Of a DNA stretch of 64,000 nucleotides, positions 48,535 to 60,259 are shown in pieces. The notes below the pieces were generated by a model. It searched no databases. It saw only the letters and a program-made list of their open reading frames with translations, and was not told the DNA's origin. The stretch comes from Vitrella brassicaformis CCMP3155 (Eukaryota; Protista; Chromerida). A program made the translations under genes and the position numbers. Numbering within the stretch: the stretch's first letter is position 1; each line of letters opens with the position of its first letter. The stretch covers positions 186,001 through 250,000 of the forward strand of contig CDMY01000781.1 of NCBI GenBank assembly GCA_001179505.1, written 5' to 3'.

Positions 48535-50456
48535 ATGGGCAATAAGACTTCAAGCGACAGCAAGTCAGCTGACGAGGGCAAGGGGAAGGACAAGAAGGGA
48601 GCATCTGCATCATCATCCCTTGAGGTCGGAAAGAGCACGAAGACGGAGGGACATGGGGCGTCGATGAATTCCCCGTAGCAAAGGCACCATTGCATGCCCA
48701 CCGACAGAGTGTCGGTGTCGTCACATTGCCTCTCCCTCCTCTGTCGCGCCTGTGTTTGTGCATCAGGTGGCTTCCACTATAGGTGCTGCGTCTACGCGGG
48801 CGCCGACCGGCACATGTGCGGGCAGCGGCGACGACAATATGACACACGTGGTGGGAAGAGCACCCCAAAGGCAAACGCAGTAGCTGCACCAATGGATGAG
48901 TGGGCCTTTCTGTGCTTCACTGCGGCAGGCTGGTGCAACTGAGATGTCCGGATCGGTCAGCGAGATGATGCCCCTCAACGGTATGTCTACACACATGCAC
49001 ACACAACACGCGCCCACCAATGATGGTGTTGCTTGCCGCTGCAGACCGCCGTGAGCGGAACCGCCAGGGTCGCCAGGACAGGGGTGGCCGAGTGGGTGGC
49101 GACCCGTCGGACGATGAGGGCGGCTCGAGTGACGACGACAGCAACGATGACGAGAGCAGCAGCGGCGATTACGATGATGAGAATGACGAGGACTACGATC
49201 CACCCGACGGTCAGCCACGCACACACACAGATGGACACAGACAGTGAGAGAGCGTCGATCACATCTCTGGTGCAACCCCCTGCTGCAGAGGATGACGATG
49301 ACGATGATTATGAGAGTTCGGGTACGCACACACGAATGCACCCACGTGCCTGCCGCCATGCCCCCGTGTCTGCTGTTTGTCAGGGAGTGGCGGCGACCAC
49401 CTCAGCGATTCGACCTATAAGCAGCCCAAGGCGACCGGCAAGGCGGCAGTACGGGCGGCAGTACGGGCAACCCCCGTCCATCAATCGACCGTCCAGGGCG
49501 TGTTCTTCGACGAACAGCGCCGCTTCTGGACCGCCCAGGTCAGGGTGAACGGCAAATGGAAATCAAGGTCTTTCGGCGTGCGCAAGTATGGGGGCCGCGA
49601 CGAGGCCAGGAGGGCGGCAGAGGAGTGTCGGCTGCAGAACGAACAAGACAACGAGAAGGCCGGCCGCCCCATCAAGAGCTACAAGAAGAGCGAGATCACC
49701 GGCGTGTACCGCGATGACGAGAGAGGCCGTTGGGTTGCGTCGTGGTACGAGAGCAGCAAGCAGAAGCTGGAGTATTTCTCGGTGGCCAAGCTCGGCGAGG
49801 AGGGCGCCAAGCAGGCGGCCATTAGGCGGCGGGAGATGATGGAGAAGATCTGGCCGGATCAGAGAATTGTGCGTGTGTGAGCATGAATGGCATTGACGTG
49901 GTTTATTCTCACTTTATGTCTGCTGTCTGTATGCGTCCCTGTTCAGGCCGCCATCACTGTCGACCGCAAGAACCAGAAGCTCATCGACCAGCTGGCCGCC
50001 AAGGTCAAGGGGGTGTACTTCGACAAAGCACACAACGCCTTGGAGGCGTACTGGAACGAGGGCGGCAAGACCTGCACCAAAGGCTTCGCCATCAACAAAC
50101 ACGGCATCAAGGGGGCCTACGACAAGGCCGTCGCGGTTCGCAAGGCAAAGGAGGCGAGCGGTGCGGCGAGCCTTAAGCAGCCAGCCGAGAGGCAGAGCGG
50201 CCACAGGGGTGTGAGATGGGACAAGAGGCGGAAGAGATGGGTGGCCTACTGGCCTAATCCGTCTTGCAAGCAACAGACGCGCTGCTTCCCTCTGTCTGAG
50301 TATGGGAGTGACAGTGCAGCCCTTGATGCTGCGATTCGCTGTCGGGAGAAGATGGTGGAGCAGACCAAGAGAGAGAAGCAAGACAAGCTGATGTCATCAA
50401 GCAAGCGGCCCTCAGATGCCATATACGGCAGCAGCGTGCGACGGAAGGTGAAATAG
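48535..50456 (+). CDS. Multi-AP2 (ApiAP2-type) DNA-binding protein with four AP2 domains; paralogue of the gene at 37012-39900
   Basis: VQGVFFDEQRRFWTAQVRVNGKWKSRSFGVRKYGGRDEARRAAEECR; ITGVYRDDERGRWVASWYESSKQKLEYFSVAKLGEEGAKQAAIRRR; VKGVYFDKAHNALEAYW...GFAINKHGIKGAYDKAVAVR; HRGVRWDKRRKRWVAYW...CFPLSEYGSDSAALDAAIRCR. Acidic linker exons upstream; stop at 50456. Confidence 0.88.
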
Positions 50457-50787
50457 CGAGGGAGTGTCTCCATACCCTCTTACTCTGCAGTCAGGCTTTT
50501 TCTTACGCGCATACGCGAGTGTTTCAATGTGTTTTGTGTGGGTGCCCGATGACACAAGAGAGAGCGGTTCTTTTGTTGTGCACACACGCCATTGTTGTAA
50601 GTGTAGAGTGTCTGTGGCCTTGTTTGTGAGGACTTACTGACAGACAGAAGCCCACAACAAAGACCTTCCTTGAATGCAATCATCCATTTCAATGACTGTA
50701 CAATGAGTATTCACAACACCGTATCTGACTGTATATGTACACACGCCAAGACCCACTTGCAAACCCATCCCATCCGCTCAGGTCAGA

Positions 50788-53626
50788 TCAGATGAGCGGC
50801 CTGGGTCTGGCCCTGAAGAGCTCATGCAGTCTGGCCTCACACAGCAGCGACGACCTGTCCACCGACGACAGCCAATCCCAATGCACATTCCCACGATCAC
50901 CAACACCACCTCCCGCACCACTGCCCATGCAGCCGCCATGATGATCGTAGAAGTGGGCGATCCTCCCAGCGCCCAGCCGCAGTATCTCGCTAGCAGCTGG
51001 GGCTGCCGGTGGGCGGCAGCTGGTGCTGTTGATGGTGTGTTTGGGTGGCGGCGGCACCTGGTGCTCCTCGATGCAGGTGTACTCGGCGATGAGCGAGGTG
51101 AGGGCCTCGTCGGCGGCGTGGATCTCCCCGGCTGGCATATACCGCGTGTAGTGGTGCAGGTGGGCCTGCAGGTGGGCAGGTGAAAGGCAGATCAATCAGA
51201 TGACTGACTGACGTGTCTGTCCATTGGGTGTGTGATGTGATGTGCATCTGAGTGGGTGGCTGTGGTGTGTGGCGTACAACATACCTTTCTGTCGTACAGT
51301 TTGTGGAATCTGGTCTGTATTTGGTGCAGCAGGTCGCGGACGCCACACGAGTTGGACAGCGACAGGAGGCTGTACTTGTGGCCGGCGGGGGGCGTGTCGC
51401 AGATGCCGACCTTAAACGCATCCTACACACACACACCGGCAAAGCGAGAGCTCTCGCCTCCGTCCTCTTCTCTCTCGGCTGCGTGGTACCTCGTTCCATC
51501 TGAGCATCTTAAGGTGGCTCTTCACCCTGCAGGCATTCACGACGACACAGACGCGAAATACACCATGCCCCTTGATGGCTGCCGGCTGCCTGGCGCCCAC
51601 CGAGCTACGTTCCGTGTGACGTCGGCGATGGCCGCATCGCCGCGGACGATGAACGCGGTGGCCATGCAGCTGACACAGCCGAGAGAGAGAGGGAACACAC
51701 AATCAGCCAATGTCAGGGACAGGATGGATGCTTTGATGGCTCACGTGGAGGCCTTCGGGTGTATGTTGATGACCTGGTGGGCCGGCGACAGCACGTCGCT
51801 GAACAGCTGATCGAACCTGACACCAACACAGATCACATCCAAAAGCGTCTTTGCCCACGTGGATGTCAGCCGACTCCATGGCTTCCTTCCCCCGGCTGAC
51901 TGACCCCCTTGGCAGCATGGCTTTGTGGTCGACCTTCTTGGGGTCTCCTCGTGTGGGGGCCGAGTGGCTGTTGATCGGACTCATCGATGACAGCAGAAAA
52001 TGCAAACCCGGATACGGCACCTGAGGCATGGCCATGGATGCACTGATGGACAGACCGGCACATCGACACGAGCTGCATTCTGTGTGTGTGGCCAGATGGG
52101 GTGTGTACCAGGTTGGTAGTGATTTCGTTGAGGTCAATGTTGAGCGTGCCCTCAAAGCGCATAGAACTGCACACTCACACGCACACCATTAACGAAAGCG
52201 CATTGGGTCATGTTGCTGACCTGGTGAGGTCGAGCAGCAGGTTGGCAACGATGCCATTCATTTTGCTGAATGGGTGCTTGTGAGTCTTGCGCCCCCGGCC
52301 GAGCCCCGGCCTGCCCGGCGCCCTGACGCTGACACTCTCCCATGGCGACACCGACTGAGGCGGCAGCACCCGACCCAGCTGCTGAGAGACCTCCGCCTGC
52401 AAGCAGGCAGACAGGAAGCATCCGTGTGTGTGTGGTGGGGGAGTGGCGGAGGGGCGACCTTTGCTGTCATTGCGTTGGTCATTTTGATGAGAGCGTCGTT
52501 GGCTATGGGCAGCACACACGAGGCATGCTCCTTCAACACACGCAGCGCCAACGCACTGACATGACAGACACACACACCAGCAATGGCATGCTTCCTGATG
52601 CTGCCTGATGCTGCCGTGAGTGTGAGTGTGTGTGCCTGTTGTAGGGTGATGTGATGACGTCGTCATCCTCTGAGGGAAACACGGCCGTCACGAAGCGATA
52701 CACATCGGGGTAAGCATGCTCCAACACTGCACACACACACACCACACGCACACGAGATGGAGGTCGCTGCTATATGTGTGTCCATCCATCCATGTGACCG
52801 TACGCTGCAGCAAATAGCATCCGGTGCCCGACCCCGTGCCGCCCCCGAGGGAGTGGAGGAAGAAAAACGACTGAAGCGAATCGCAATGCTCCACCGGACG
52901 ACGGACCTGACACACAGAGAGAGGGAGTAGGAAGCCCATCGATGTGATTGCATTGACTGCCTGACCTTTTCGAGCAGCTGGTCGCGATACCGCACGCCAT
53001 AGTCATTGTAACCCTGCGCCCTGAGGGGGTCAATCCAACACACATACACACACACCACAACCACAATGCTGCCCGTGGGTTCTTCCCCAGGCGGCCGCTC
53101 ACCAGTTGTTTCCCGAGCCGGATACGTCTGTGATGAGCTGTCGCGAGTCGAAGAGGTCCCTCAGCGGCCCCCTCATCAGCTCGTTGACCACACCCTCCTC
53201 CATGTCCACCAACACCGCCTGACACACACCACATCATGCCAACCACCATAGGTCACCATGGATGGATGGACGGATGGATGGATGTGCATCCACTCACTCA
53301 CCCGTGCCCGCAGCGTCTTGACGGGGGCAGTGCCATCGCCAACCGGGATCTCCTTCGGATCTGAAAACCTGCGCACACACACACAGTACAGAGAGAGAGA
53401 GAGGGAGAGATCAAGGGATGGATCGGACGGTCAGATCTGGCTGTGGGCATTGCCTCATCTCATCTGCCCACCGTGTGTCAACGTTTCTGAAGAGAACTGA
53501 GGTGCCGGCGTCGAACTGTCCCTTCTTGTTGTATGAGGCATGTTCGTTGAGGGCTTCGCTCCAGAAGATGCTGCCGATCTGGTTGCCGCACTGACCGACC
53601 TGCACCACTATCAACTCCCGAGGCAT
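50788..53626 (-). CDS. TUBE1: Epsilon-tubulin
   Basis: [37 protein letters not shown]|[38 protein letters not shown]|[24 protein letters not shown]|[37 protein letters not shown] and [13 protein letters not shown] are epsilon-type features. Confidence 0.93.
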
Positions 53627-53743
53627 AACGCCAAATGCGATGCGTTCAACCTCTCATCGCCCGATGCTCCCCGATCGCCGAGGTGCAATTCTGGACGGCT
53701 GGCGCGAGCCCAGGGTGATTCTGAGCTGAAGCGCTTGCCGATA

Positions 53744-55256
53744 ATGCGGACGACGGCGAACCCCAATTACGTGGCTCATGCGTCCTCGTCGATGCTGGAC
53801 GGCAGCTGTTTCTCTGGCGAGGTGCTGGACCACTTCGCGCGGCGCGAGGAGGAGCTGCTGCTGAGGAACCAAGAACTCGACCGCAAGAAGGAACAGGTAC
53901 GTACGTCTCCATCAACTAACTCCACAACACAATGCAGTACCTACGCAGGGGTGAGAGGCAGGCTTTGCACTGGTGTGTGTGTGTGTGTGTTGCGTGTGCA
54001 GACGGTGTTGGATGCGGAGCGTCTTCTGGAGAGTGTGGGCACTGCCGCCGCAGCTCCACACCCCTCCCTCACCCTCAGACACGACAGCACCGACCCCTCC
54101 CCACCCCCATCGCAGCACCACATCCACACCCACATCCACACACATGCACCGGAGCCCCCTGTGGCTGACCCGTCCGCCCCAGGTCTGGAGAGCCAGCTGC
54201 CCAGCGACCTGGGCATCGATGTCGACATCGATGGGCCATCGCCATTCCTGGAGGGACAATCCAAGACCAACACGGTGGTCCAGCGGGGCAGCAGACCGGC
54301 TGCGCGTGGTGACGATACTAGTGCGGGTGGAGGTGGAGGTGGTTTGTCGTCCGCGTCGACCCGTGCGTTGACGCATCAGGGGTACTCTCGGGCGATGTCT
54401 GGGCGGGAGGAGGACGAGGGCGGCAGCAGTGGGAGGGGGGCGGTGGGTGGAGTTGGCCGCAGTGGCAGTAGTGTGATAGCGTCTGCAGGTGCCATGAGTG
54501 TGGGGGCTAAGGTGGGCAGCATCACCACCACCAGTGTGGCTGCTAGTGGCCAGGGCGGGGGAGGGTCGGTGCGGGGCAAGGAGGAACGGGTCATCGATGA
54601 CGTCTTCATCAACACACACGTGGTGGGGTGGTGGGCGGCACACCAGATGGGACACAGACAGACACAAAGAAAGGGGTGGAGGATGTGTCTGTCTGTGCTG
54701 TGTGTTGTCCTTCCTTGCAGCCGATGGGTGGCGATGTGACGACACTCCACGCAACCATTCGGCTGCAGAAAGCACGGTGAGTGAGTGACCCTTACCTTAC
54801 ACCCACCCAAGACACCAACCACATCAGTGCCATCAGTGCATCTGATCTGCCCTCCTTCCTGCTCATACATACCATTCATACCATTCAGGATTCTCTCCTT
54901 GCAAGAGGAGCTGCAGCGCCGCACCCAGGAGTTGGGCACCCACCGGCACGAGCTGGTATCGTGTCAAGAGGAGGCCAAGGGTCTGCGGGATGACGTCAAG
55001 AAGTTGCAGCGGCAGACACAGCACCTGGAGACCAACCTGGAGAAGAATATCAAGAAGAATGACGACTTCAGCCAGGTCAGTTTGCGTCTGGGTGTGTGTC
55101 TCTGAAATGAATGGGTATGTGTGCACTGCAGCGGCTTAGTTCGACTGAGTCCATGTTGGCTGACGTACGTCGCGAGAAGGAGCAGCTGAGGACTCAGCTC
55201 AGGAAGGCAGGTCAGTCACCACCCGCCCCGCAGCGCTGGCTGGCTTCTCACATCAA

Positions 55257-55290
<34 letters not shown>

Positions 55291-56051
55291 TGGTGCAGAC
55301 GTAGAGGTGGGTGGCAAGGAGAAGCGTCTGGGTCGTCTGCAGGAGGAGCTCGACAAGTACAGAAGCCAACTCAGGGACAAACGCACTGACGATAGAGAAC
55401 GGTATGCCAAGCTGCCAACCAGCCACCCACCGGCATGGCATCATGGGCGTGGCCACCGTGTACTCTCCTCTGTGTGTGTGTGTGTGTGTCCAGTGCGTCT
55501 GCGGACCGACAGACGGTCGATCGCCTCATGGCTGAGGTCAAGAAGCTAGAGCGGTAGTCGAGGCGCTCACACAACTAACGAAGAGGATGAGATGGAGACA
55601 CTCCCGTTCAAACGGGATGATGTGTGTCTGTGTGCCTTTGTGTGTGTGTGTGTGTGCAGGCAGCGTGGTGAGCTGGTGTCCGTCTTCAAGAAGCAGGCCA
55701 AACTCATCGACAACCTCAAGAGACAAAAAATACACATGGAAGCTGGTATGCACCCCTTTCCCATTAGCCCGCCACACACACGTTTCCCACCAGCCCATGC
55801 AATCTCTCTCTCTGTCAGCTCGTGTGCTCGGTTTCACTGAGGAGGAGTTCTATCGCCTCTTAGATCTTGACGAGCAACTGCCCCGCGCCGCCCCCGCCCC
55901 CGCCCCAGCCCCAGCCGCTGCTGCATCATCGTCGTCGGCGTCAGGCAGGGCCAGTGGGCCAGTGGCTGCGCCGAGGGTGGCTAGGAAGAGACCACCTGGT
56001 GCTGCTGATGGGGGTGGGGAGAGGGGCGAAGGGCAGGAGACGACTGAATGA
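53744..56051 (+). CDS. TEX9: TEX9-like coiled-coil centrosome/basal-body protein
   Basis: N-terminal FARREEELLLRNQELDRK; ATIRLQKAR|ILSLQEEL; KRLGRLQEELDKYR; C-terminal hallmark EVKKLER|QRGELVSVFKKQAKLIDNLKRQKIHMEA|ARVLGFTEEEFYRLLD. Start could be 53744 or 53792. Confidence 0.88.
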
Positions 56052-59012
56052 CTGAGGGGTGTATAGGTGGGGGTGGGTGGGAGAGATGATTGTGTGGACA
56101 GTTTGCCGGTCTGTGAGTTCACTCATGGTCGTGTTAGCCTCGTTGTGGTCTGAGTCGGGGTGAACACGATGGATGGATGAATCAATGGATTCAGAATAGG
56201 ACATGAAACGAGTTCCGCAGCGACCCACCGCACACCCGCCCCCTCACTCACTCACGTGCACCCGTCTCTCCAGCTATCAACGACCGACGCCCCACCCCCC
56301 ACCCCCCGCCCGCCCCAAATCCATCGATCCATGCCTCCCTCCTCTGCACAGCGACCGACCCACAACCTTCCCCCTCTCTCCCCCTTTGACACACGTATAT
56401 CCTTCCTCCATCCCCGTGGATATGTATTAGACGACACGTCGACAAAAGGTGAGACGAAAACACGATTTGGACTGGCGACCGATAGAGACGCATGGTGTTC
56501 GTTTGTGTGGGCGTGGCCCCAGCACCGTGTGCGCGTGTGTTCGAAGCGTGTGCAGCACTGTGGCGACCAGCGCGTCTGGACCCCAGTGGCCTCGAGTTGG
56601 AGACCCCTGGGACACAGACACGCCCGGCTCCAGAGTGCATCAACACACGGCCAAGATCACACGTACGTGACGTGATGGTAGTGGGAAAGGATATAGGATA
56701 TAGGCAAGCCCATTCGAAACATCGCCAGCCATCCATCCATCCATCCATGTATGTATTTGAAAAAGACGGAATGTCCGTCCTTGCAGTCAGTCAGTCAATC
56801 ATGTGACGTCACGTAAAGACAGACAGACAGACAGACACGAAACAAGACGGAAAACCGACCCATCAATCCATCAACCAACCAACCAACCAACTCACGCCCA
56901 CACCAACACCCATACACGACGCTCAGCCACTTTGCTGGTCTTTCCGAGCGTCGCGTCAAGCCAGGAATGCAGGCAGGCAGGCAGGCAGGGAGAGAGGGAG
57001 GGAGGCAGCGAGGGAGATAGGTAGGGAGGGAGGGAGGGAGGAACATAAATCCGACCAGAGGCCACGAAAGGCAGGCATCATATCATCACTTGTTCCGTCC
57101 CACCCCACCCCATGAGCGTTATGACATGCATCCATTCAGTGACGTATAGACAGACAGAGACAGACAGACACCTGTACATGTACGTACGGAGGATAGATAA
57201 GGTCGGCCCGGGGCATCCTGCGCCCGGGCAGGCAGGTCAAGTAGCTCCTGCGCAGGCAGACAGGCAGGCAGGCAGGGAGGCATTGTCCATCCATCCACCC
57301 ACCCACCCACCCACTCGTCCATCCATTCATTGGTTTATATACGGCGGTCTCATGCATCCATCCATGCATCCATCGTCATGTGGAGATTCAACACAACAAA
57401 CACATATGTACGTGTGTATATCAGTGACGTAACTGACACGTGGGTACGCTCTCTTGGGTTGAGGTGAGCGGGGCGGGGCGGGGCGGGTTAGTCTAGCTAG
57501 CTAGTTTACAAGATACCAACACACCACAACATCACACACACATGCACCCATCCATCCATCCATCCACCACACGAATGCAGAAGCCTCCGTCATGTGTCAG
57601 GTAGGAAGCGTCGTGTGCCAGGTATGTCTCTCCTCACCATGTCAATCAACAAGGGCGTGTGAAAACCTTCTTGACTGCATGTCCGTCCGTCAGCCAGCCA
57701 GTCCATGTCACTCAACAAAACGCAACACCCCTCACCCAGCACCGGCAGCACCAGCAGCAGCACACACATGACGATGCAATGCAATTCATCCAGAGGCAGC
57801 CGTTCGTCCATCCATCCATCCATGAGTCGATCATTCATCCAAACCATAATAAACTCCCGTGCATGTGCGAGAGTGGAAGCGAACCACTAACTGCGAAAGA
57901 AAGTCAAAAAAGCGGTGCCAACATCCATCCATCCATCCGACAGCCAGCCTGAACCACGCAAACGCCACTCCCCGACAGCCATACGAACAGCCAGCCAGCC
58001 AGCCGTACAGACAGACAGACAGACAGGCAGACAGGCAGACAGCCATTGTTAGATAGCTTACAGACAGTCGTTCGTTGAGACATGAGCCAGGCCGGCCAGC
58101 CACGCATACGAGTACGTACTGGGCTCACTAGCTCGCTCGCCCAAGTGGGTTGGTCAGTCAAAATTGACCCGCCTCTCTCCCTCTAGTCTAGAACACGATC
58201 CTTCCCGCCCTCCCCTTGTATATACACACACACAAACGAGCGATACTTACACAATACACACATACATACATGTGCACTGACTGACTGGTGCAGACAGATT
58301 CCCGTGTCCGGATGGCTGCCTGCCTGTTGGTTGACGTCCCCCTCGCACAGCACCAGCCCCCACCACACACCACCCACGCCATGCCATGCCACTGTGTGTT
58401 ACAGATCGTGCAGCAGCTGTCAGTCAGTCAGTCAGCAGAGAAGACACCAATCAGCTTACACCCCGGCAGCAAAATTGGTCCCGCCCAACAGACAGACTCA
58501 CAGACAGACGTTCACTTGCTAGTCAGCTCCCTATCACGGCCGTAACGTACGTACGCAAGGCAGCCAGCCAGGGTGGGAGGGTGGGTGGGTGGGTGAGAAG
58601 AGGCATAGGGGGACCAGACAGACAGACAGTTCAAGATTGACGCCCACGTACGCAGCACACCAGCTGTGCAGCGTCTCTTTCTCTCTCTCTCTCCCCAATG
58701 GCCAACAAACGAGCCCCCGGCTTCCTGTTCCCCCTGCCCCACCCGTCGTGTGTTCGGTAGTGTATACAGAAAAGAACGCCCGTCATTGTCTGCACGCCAC
58801 GCCACACCGCGCCACCCCGTCATTGCTTAGTATCAAAAAGATAGCAATCATTGATCTAGCTATGCATGCCAGCCATGTCACCACTCACACGCTCATGCCA
58901 TTGCGGCCGAGTGGACGGCCACCCGCACACCGATCGAATTCTCCACCGCCAGACCGCCGACACACCAACGCGTGTATATGTGTGTGGCACCGCCTCCCTC
59001 CTTGTCTCTTCG

Positions 59013-59465
59013 CTATGATGACGACTGGCACTCTGCGGAGGACGGAGCGCTCTCCCCCTCCATGGCCGCGAGGGCGGCCCGCCGCTTGATCAGCTCCCAG
59101 TCGTATGTCGGGGCTGCCCGCGGCCGGCTCACCCAACCTACTCACACATACAGGCACACAGAATGAGCACAGCCTTCCCCTCCCCAGTCCCACTACAAGT
59201 GCTCTTCTGAGTGCGTACTCTTCACGAAGATATTGGTGGCGAGGAGTGCAGGGAGCAGCAGGAGCGGCCAGTACGATGGCGGGGCCTCTGTGCGCAACGT
59301 GGGCCGGCCCAAGTTGTGTGTCCTGAAGCCCAAAGACACACGAGAACATGACAGTCCACCTGGCCACCAAAAGAGTGCGTTGCCTTACCACCGTGTGGAG
59401 CCTAGAGTGGCTGCGACAGTGCTGGTGCGGACGGTGCGGCTGAAGAACCCAGAAGCCATGGCCAT
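59013..59465 (-). CDS. 101-aa three-exon single-TM microprotein with a mitochondrial-presequence-like N-terminus (absent from the ORF track)
   Basis: Exons 59465-59389, 59322-59219 and 59137-59013 (77+104+125 = 306 nt, all GT-AG, phases match) encode MAMASGFFSRTVRTSTVAATLGSTRWTHNLGRPTLRTEAPPSYWPLLLLPALLATNIFVKSWVSRPRAAPTYDWELIKRRAALAAMEGESAPSSAECQSSS. Confidence 0.75.
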
Positions 59466-59705
59466 AGACGTATCGGTGAGTGCAAGGGCGAGTGAACGGA
59501 CACTTAGTCTAGGACTCGCACAGGAAGTTCTTTGCTGAAACACGGGATGTGTAGGGAGCTCCCGAAACGGAGGTGCTTGAGCGAAGAAGGAAAGACAGAG
59601 ACCTCGACTCTCTCACTGGATTAGGGTTTCTCGCCCCATTAGCTCGCAGTGAACGCTTCTCTCTTAGCTCGCACATCCGAAGAGAATTTCTGCCTCTCTG
59701 TCGCC

Positions 59706-60259
59706 ATGGCTGGGCTCTTTGGAAGCTGTTGCTGCTGCGTGAGTGCGGCCCCCTCGAAGAAAGAGGAAGAGAAGCTTGACGACAGGACCCAAACAACACA
59801 AACGCGTGTCAAGTTCGAGGAGCAGCCTGCTGTCGCCAAGAAAGGCGTCAAGCCCAAGAAGACACGCCGCGGCACCGGCCTCTCGAGGAAGAAAGGCGAG
59901 GCAGAAGACGAGGACGAGGAAGCCGACGCGAAGGAGGGCGAGGAGGACAATGCTGACGAGGGGAGGGGGGCCAGTGGGGAGAAGGGGGAAGACGAAGATG
60001 ACGAGGAGGAGTATGACTCTCCAACCGCCAAGAGACTGCAGATGCAAAGGGGGCGGAAAGGAACGGGTCAGTCTGCAATGAATGACAAACACGGGCGCGT
60101 CGACACATGTGATGTGTGACTGTCTGTCTGCCGTGTGTGCGTGCAGGTCTCCCTGACGCCGAGATGCGGGCACGGTTGATGGCTGAAGACGAGGATGAAG
60201 ACGACGACGAGGAGAATGGCGAGGAGGAGGGAGAAGATGAGAGCAAGGGCAAATCCTGA
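59706..60259 (+). CDS. Small acidic/charged protein with an N-terminal Cys cluster (MAGLFGSCCCC), two exons
   Basis: Exon 1 MAGLFGSCCCCVSAAPSKKEEEK...QMQRGRK|, exon 2 GLPDAEMRARLMAEDEDEDDDEE...KGKS-TGA (60257-60259). Confidence 0.7.

Noticed and set aside
37012-50456. AP2 paralogues as terminal inverted repeats of a transposon carrying cargo
   Set aside because: Identity is patchy and limited to exons, introns differ, and no transposase, target-site duplication or sharp ends were seen.
53540-54739. 399-aa ORF read as a single protein
   Set aside because: It is TEX9 exons plus in-frame intron read-through (GT-rich tracts) and overlaps the TUBE1 start on the opposite strand.
1-56051. Five cytoskeletal genes (kinesin, TBCB, ACTR10, TUBE1, TEX9) as a functional cluster
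   Set aside because: They are spread over 56 kb among unrelated genes; apart from the two head-to-head pairs reported, this is plausible by chance in a flagellated protist.
58885-59391. 168-aa minus-strand ORF in the ORF track
   Set aside because: Wrong frame; it overlaps the three-exon microprotein, whose spliced frame gives a coherent targeting peptide and TM helix.
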